NCBI GenBank assembly: GCA_017473605.1
Contig: JAFUKM010000008.1
Span: 26,881 to 90,880 of the forward strand
DNA from: Clostridia bacterium
Lineage (GTDB): Bacteria > Bacillota > Clostridia > Christensenellales > Borkfalkiaceae
Direction of reading: 5' to 3'
DNA: 64,000 nucleotides
Made by a program: the position numbers and the translations under genes. Of this stretch, positions 62,938 to 64,000 are shown piece by piece. Below the pieces are notes generated by a model, which was not told where the DNA came from, did no database searches, and saw nothing but the letters and a program-made list of their open reading frames with translations. Each line of letters begins with the position of its first letter. The stretch's first letter is position 1.

Positions 62938-63708
62938 ATGGCGAGAAAAATCGTGGTGACGAGCGGCAAAGGGGGAGTGGGAAAGACGACGGTGGCGGCT
63001 TCGCTTTCCGCCTATCTTGCCCGTAAAGGGCAAAGAGTCGTACTTTGCGACGCTGATTTGGGTTTAAATAATATCGACGTGGCGACGGGAGTGGAAAGTT
63101 TGATAACCTACGATATTGTGGACGTAATCGAAGGCAGGTGTCGCGCGGTGCAAGCGCTTGTCCAACACCCTGATTTTCCCAATTTGTACGTGCTTACAAG
63201 CAGTCACTCCGCGCCCGAGCGGTACGTATCGCCGCAGGCGTTTAAGCTGGTACTCGATACGCTTGCGCCCAAGTTCGATTTTATCTTTATCGATTGTCCC
63301 GCAGGGATAGAGGACGGGTTTCATAGAGCGGTAGCTTCGGCAAACGAAGCGATGGTAATCACCACGCCGCAGGTTTCCGCTATCCGCGACGCGGACAAAG
63401 TGATAACGCTTTTGAAAAGTTACGATTTTTCCGCGATTTCTTTATTGGTGAACCGTGTGCGCGGGGATTTGCTGTTTTCGGGGGATTGTCTTATGCCGCA
63501 AGAGATAGAAAAGCTTTTGAAAACGCCGCTTATCGGCGTGATTCCCGAAGAATACTCGGTGGCGACGGGCGCGTTGTCCGATATACATACCGCGGTGAAA
63601 ACGGTGGGGAACAACCTGCTTACGGGCAAGAAAAAACTATACGATACGACGCGGAAATACGCGGGGTTTTTCGGCGGTTTGCGGCGTATGTTGAAAAGGA
63701 ATTTGTAA
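62938..63708 (+). CDS. minD: septum site-determining ATPase MinD
   Basis: Deviant Walker A SGKGGVGKTT. C-terminal amphipathic tail GFFGGLRRMLKRNL. Confidence 0.93.
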   Translation: MARKIVVTSGKGGVGKTTVAASLSAYLARKGQRVVLCDADLGLNNIDVATGVESLITYDIVDVIEGRCRAVQALVQHPDFPNLYVLTSSHSAPERYVSPQAFKLVLDTLAPKFDFIFIDCPAGIEDGFHRAVASANEAMVITTPQVSAIRDADKVITLLKSYDFSAISLLVNRVRGDLLFSGDCLMPQEIEKLLKTPLIGVIPEEYSVATGALSDIHTAVKTVGNNLLTGKKKLYDTTRKYAGFFGGLRRMLKRNL

Positions 63709-63719
63709 GGGGGGCAGGT

Positions 63720-63962
63720 ATGAAACGAAACGGGAAAGCGTTGGAAGAATTCAAACGCGCAAACGACGTAATTCAAGCGGATAAATCGGTGATGAGCGAT
63801 GCGTGTAAAGCGCTTGTTTTGCAGGATTTTGCAGAGAAATTCAATGAATATTTCGATTTGACGGGTTTGCCGCGTATGGAGCTTACTTGCCGCAACGGCG
63901 CGTATTTTGTGACGCTTTGTTTTGAAGCGGAACGGATAAAAAAATTCAACGTATTGAAATAA
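63720..63962 (+). CDS. small protein in the minE position (weak MinE-like pattern)
   Basis: 80 aa directly after minD. The C-terminal beta-rich pattern is loosely MinE-like. The canonical N-terminal AKERL-type segment is not seen. Confidence 0.4.
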   Translation: MKRNGKALEEFKRANDVIQADKSVMSDACKALVLQDFAEKFNEYFDLTGLPRMELTCRNGAYFVTLCFEAERIKKFNVLK

Positions 63963-63989
63963 TATGTTTTTTCAACAAAGGAGAATATT

Positions 63990-64000
63990 ATGAAAAGAAA
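63990..64000 (+). CDS. start of an unidentified CDS (truncated by the window edge)
   Basis: AAAGGAGAA lies 7 nt before ATG 63990. Only 3 codons are visible. Confidence 0.25.

Overview
This is a 64-kb chromosomal window from an anaerobic Bacillota (Clostridia-like) genome, about half G+C by eye. I support about 75 protein genes. I saw no rRNA, tRNA, CRISPR, transposase, integrase, reverse transcriptase or recognisable defence genes. Most genes are plus-strand housekeeping blocks in Bacillus-like order: rpmE, a DUF1385::prmC fusion and prfA; obg-yhbY-grpE; pcrA-ligA; yicC-gmk-rpoZ | priA | def-fmt-rsmB-rlmN-rpe; rpmB(-), asp23, yloV and recG; minD plus a minE-position gene. The metabolic and accessory blocks are: an orphan trpB2 behind a Trp (UGG) T-box; a lipoprotein / ECF sigma / anti-sigma module; thrC; a DUF5685-like gene with a J-like Cys-rich protein; a paaI-iorAB-paaK-ACT-ATP-grasp-luxS-nitroreductase run; and superoxide reductase with a flavin reductase-rubredoxin. 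The most interesting unexplained signals follow. (1) A dispersed, modular intergenic repeat family occupies at least 7 intergenic loci. It consists of a GC hairpin, the core CAAATCTTTCTATCTTTC, and arrays of the 9-mer AACTTCACT alternating with short hairpins. I count at least 17 exact copies of the 9-mer. It sits at operon junctions (rpoZ|priA, priA|def, upstream of minD) and I do not recognise it as a described family. (2) A roughly 1-kb AT-rich islet is inserted at the pcrA start codon. It carries a promoter- and terminator-bounded structured RNA candidate of about 190 nt, a 50-codon highly charged ORF, and a 132-aa ORF flanked by an exact 18-nt direct repeat that duplicates the pcrA -10/ATG context. 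(3) The rlmD/rumA 3' end is duplicated exactly over 34 nt next to a decayed acyltransferase, which looks like an integrative-element scar. Several smaller oddities are listed in the findings. All functional calls come from motif recognition by eye. No database search was run.
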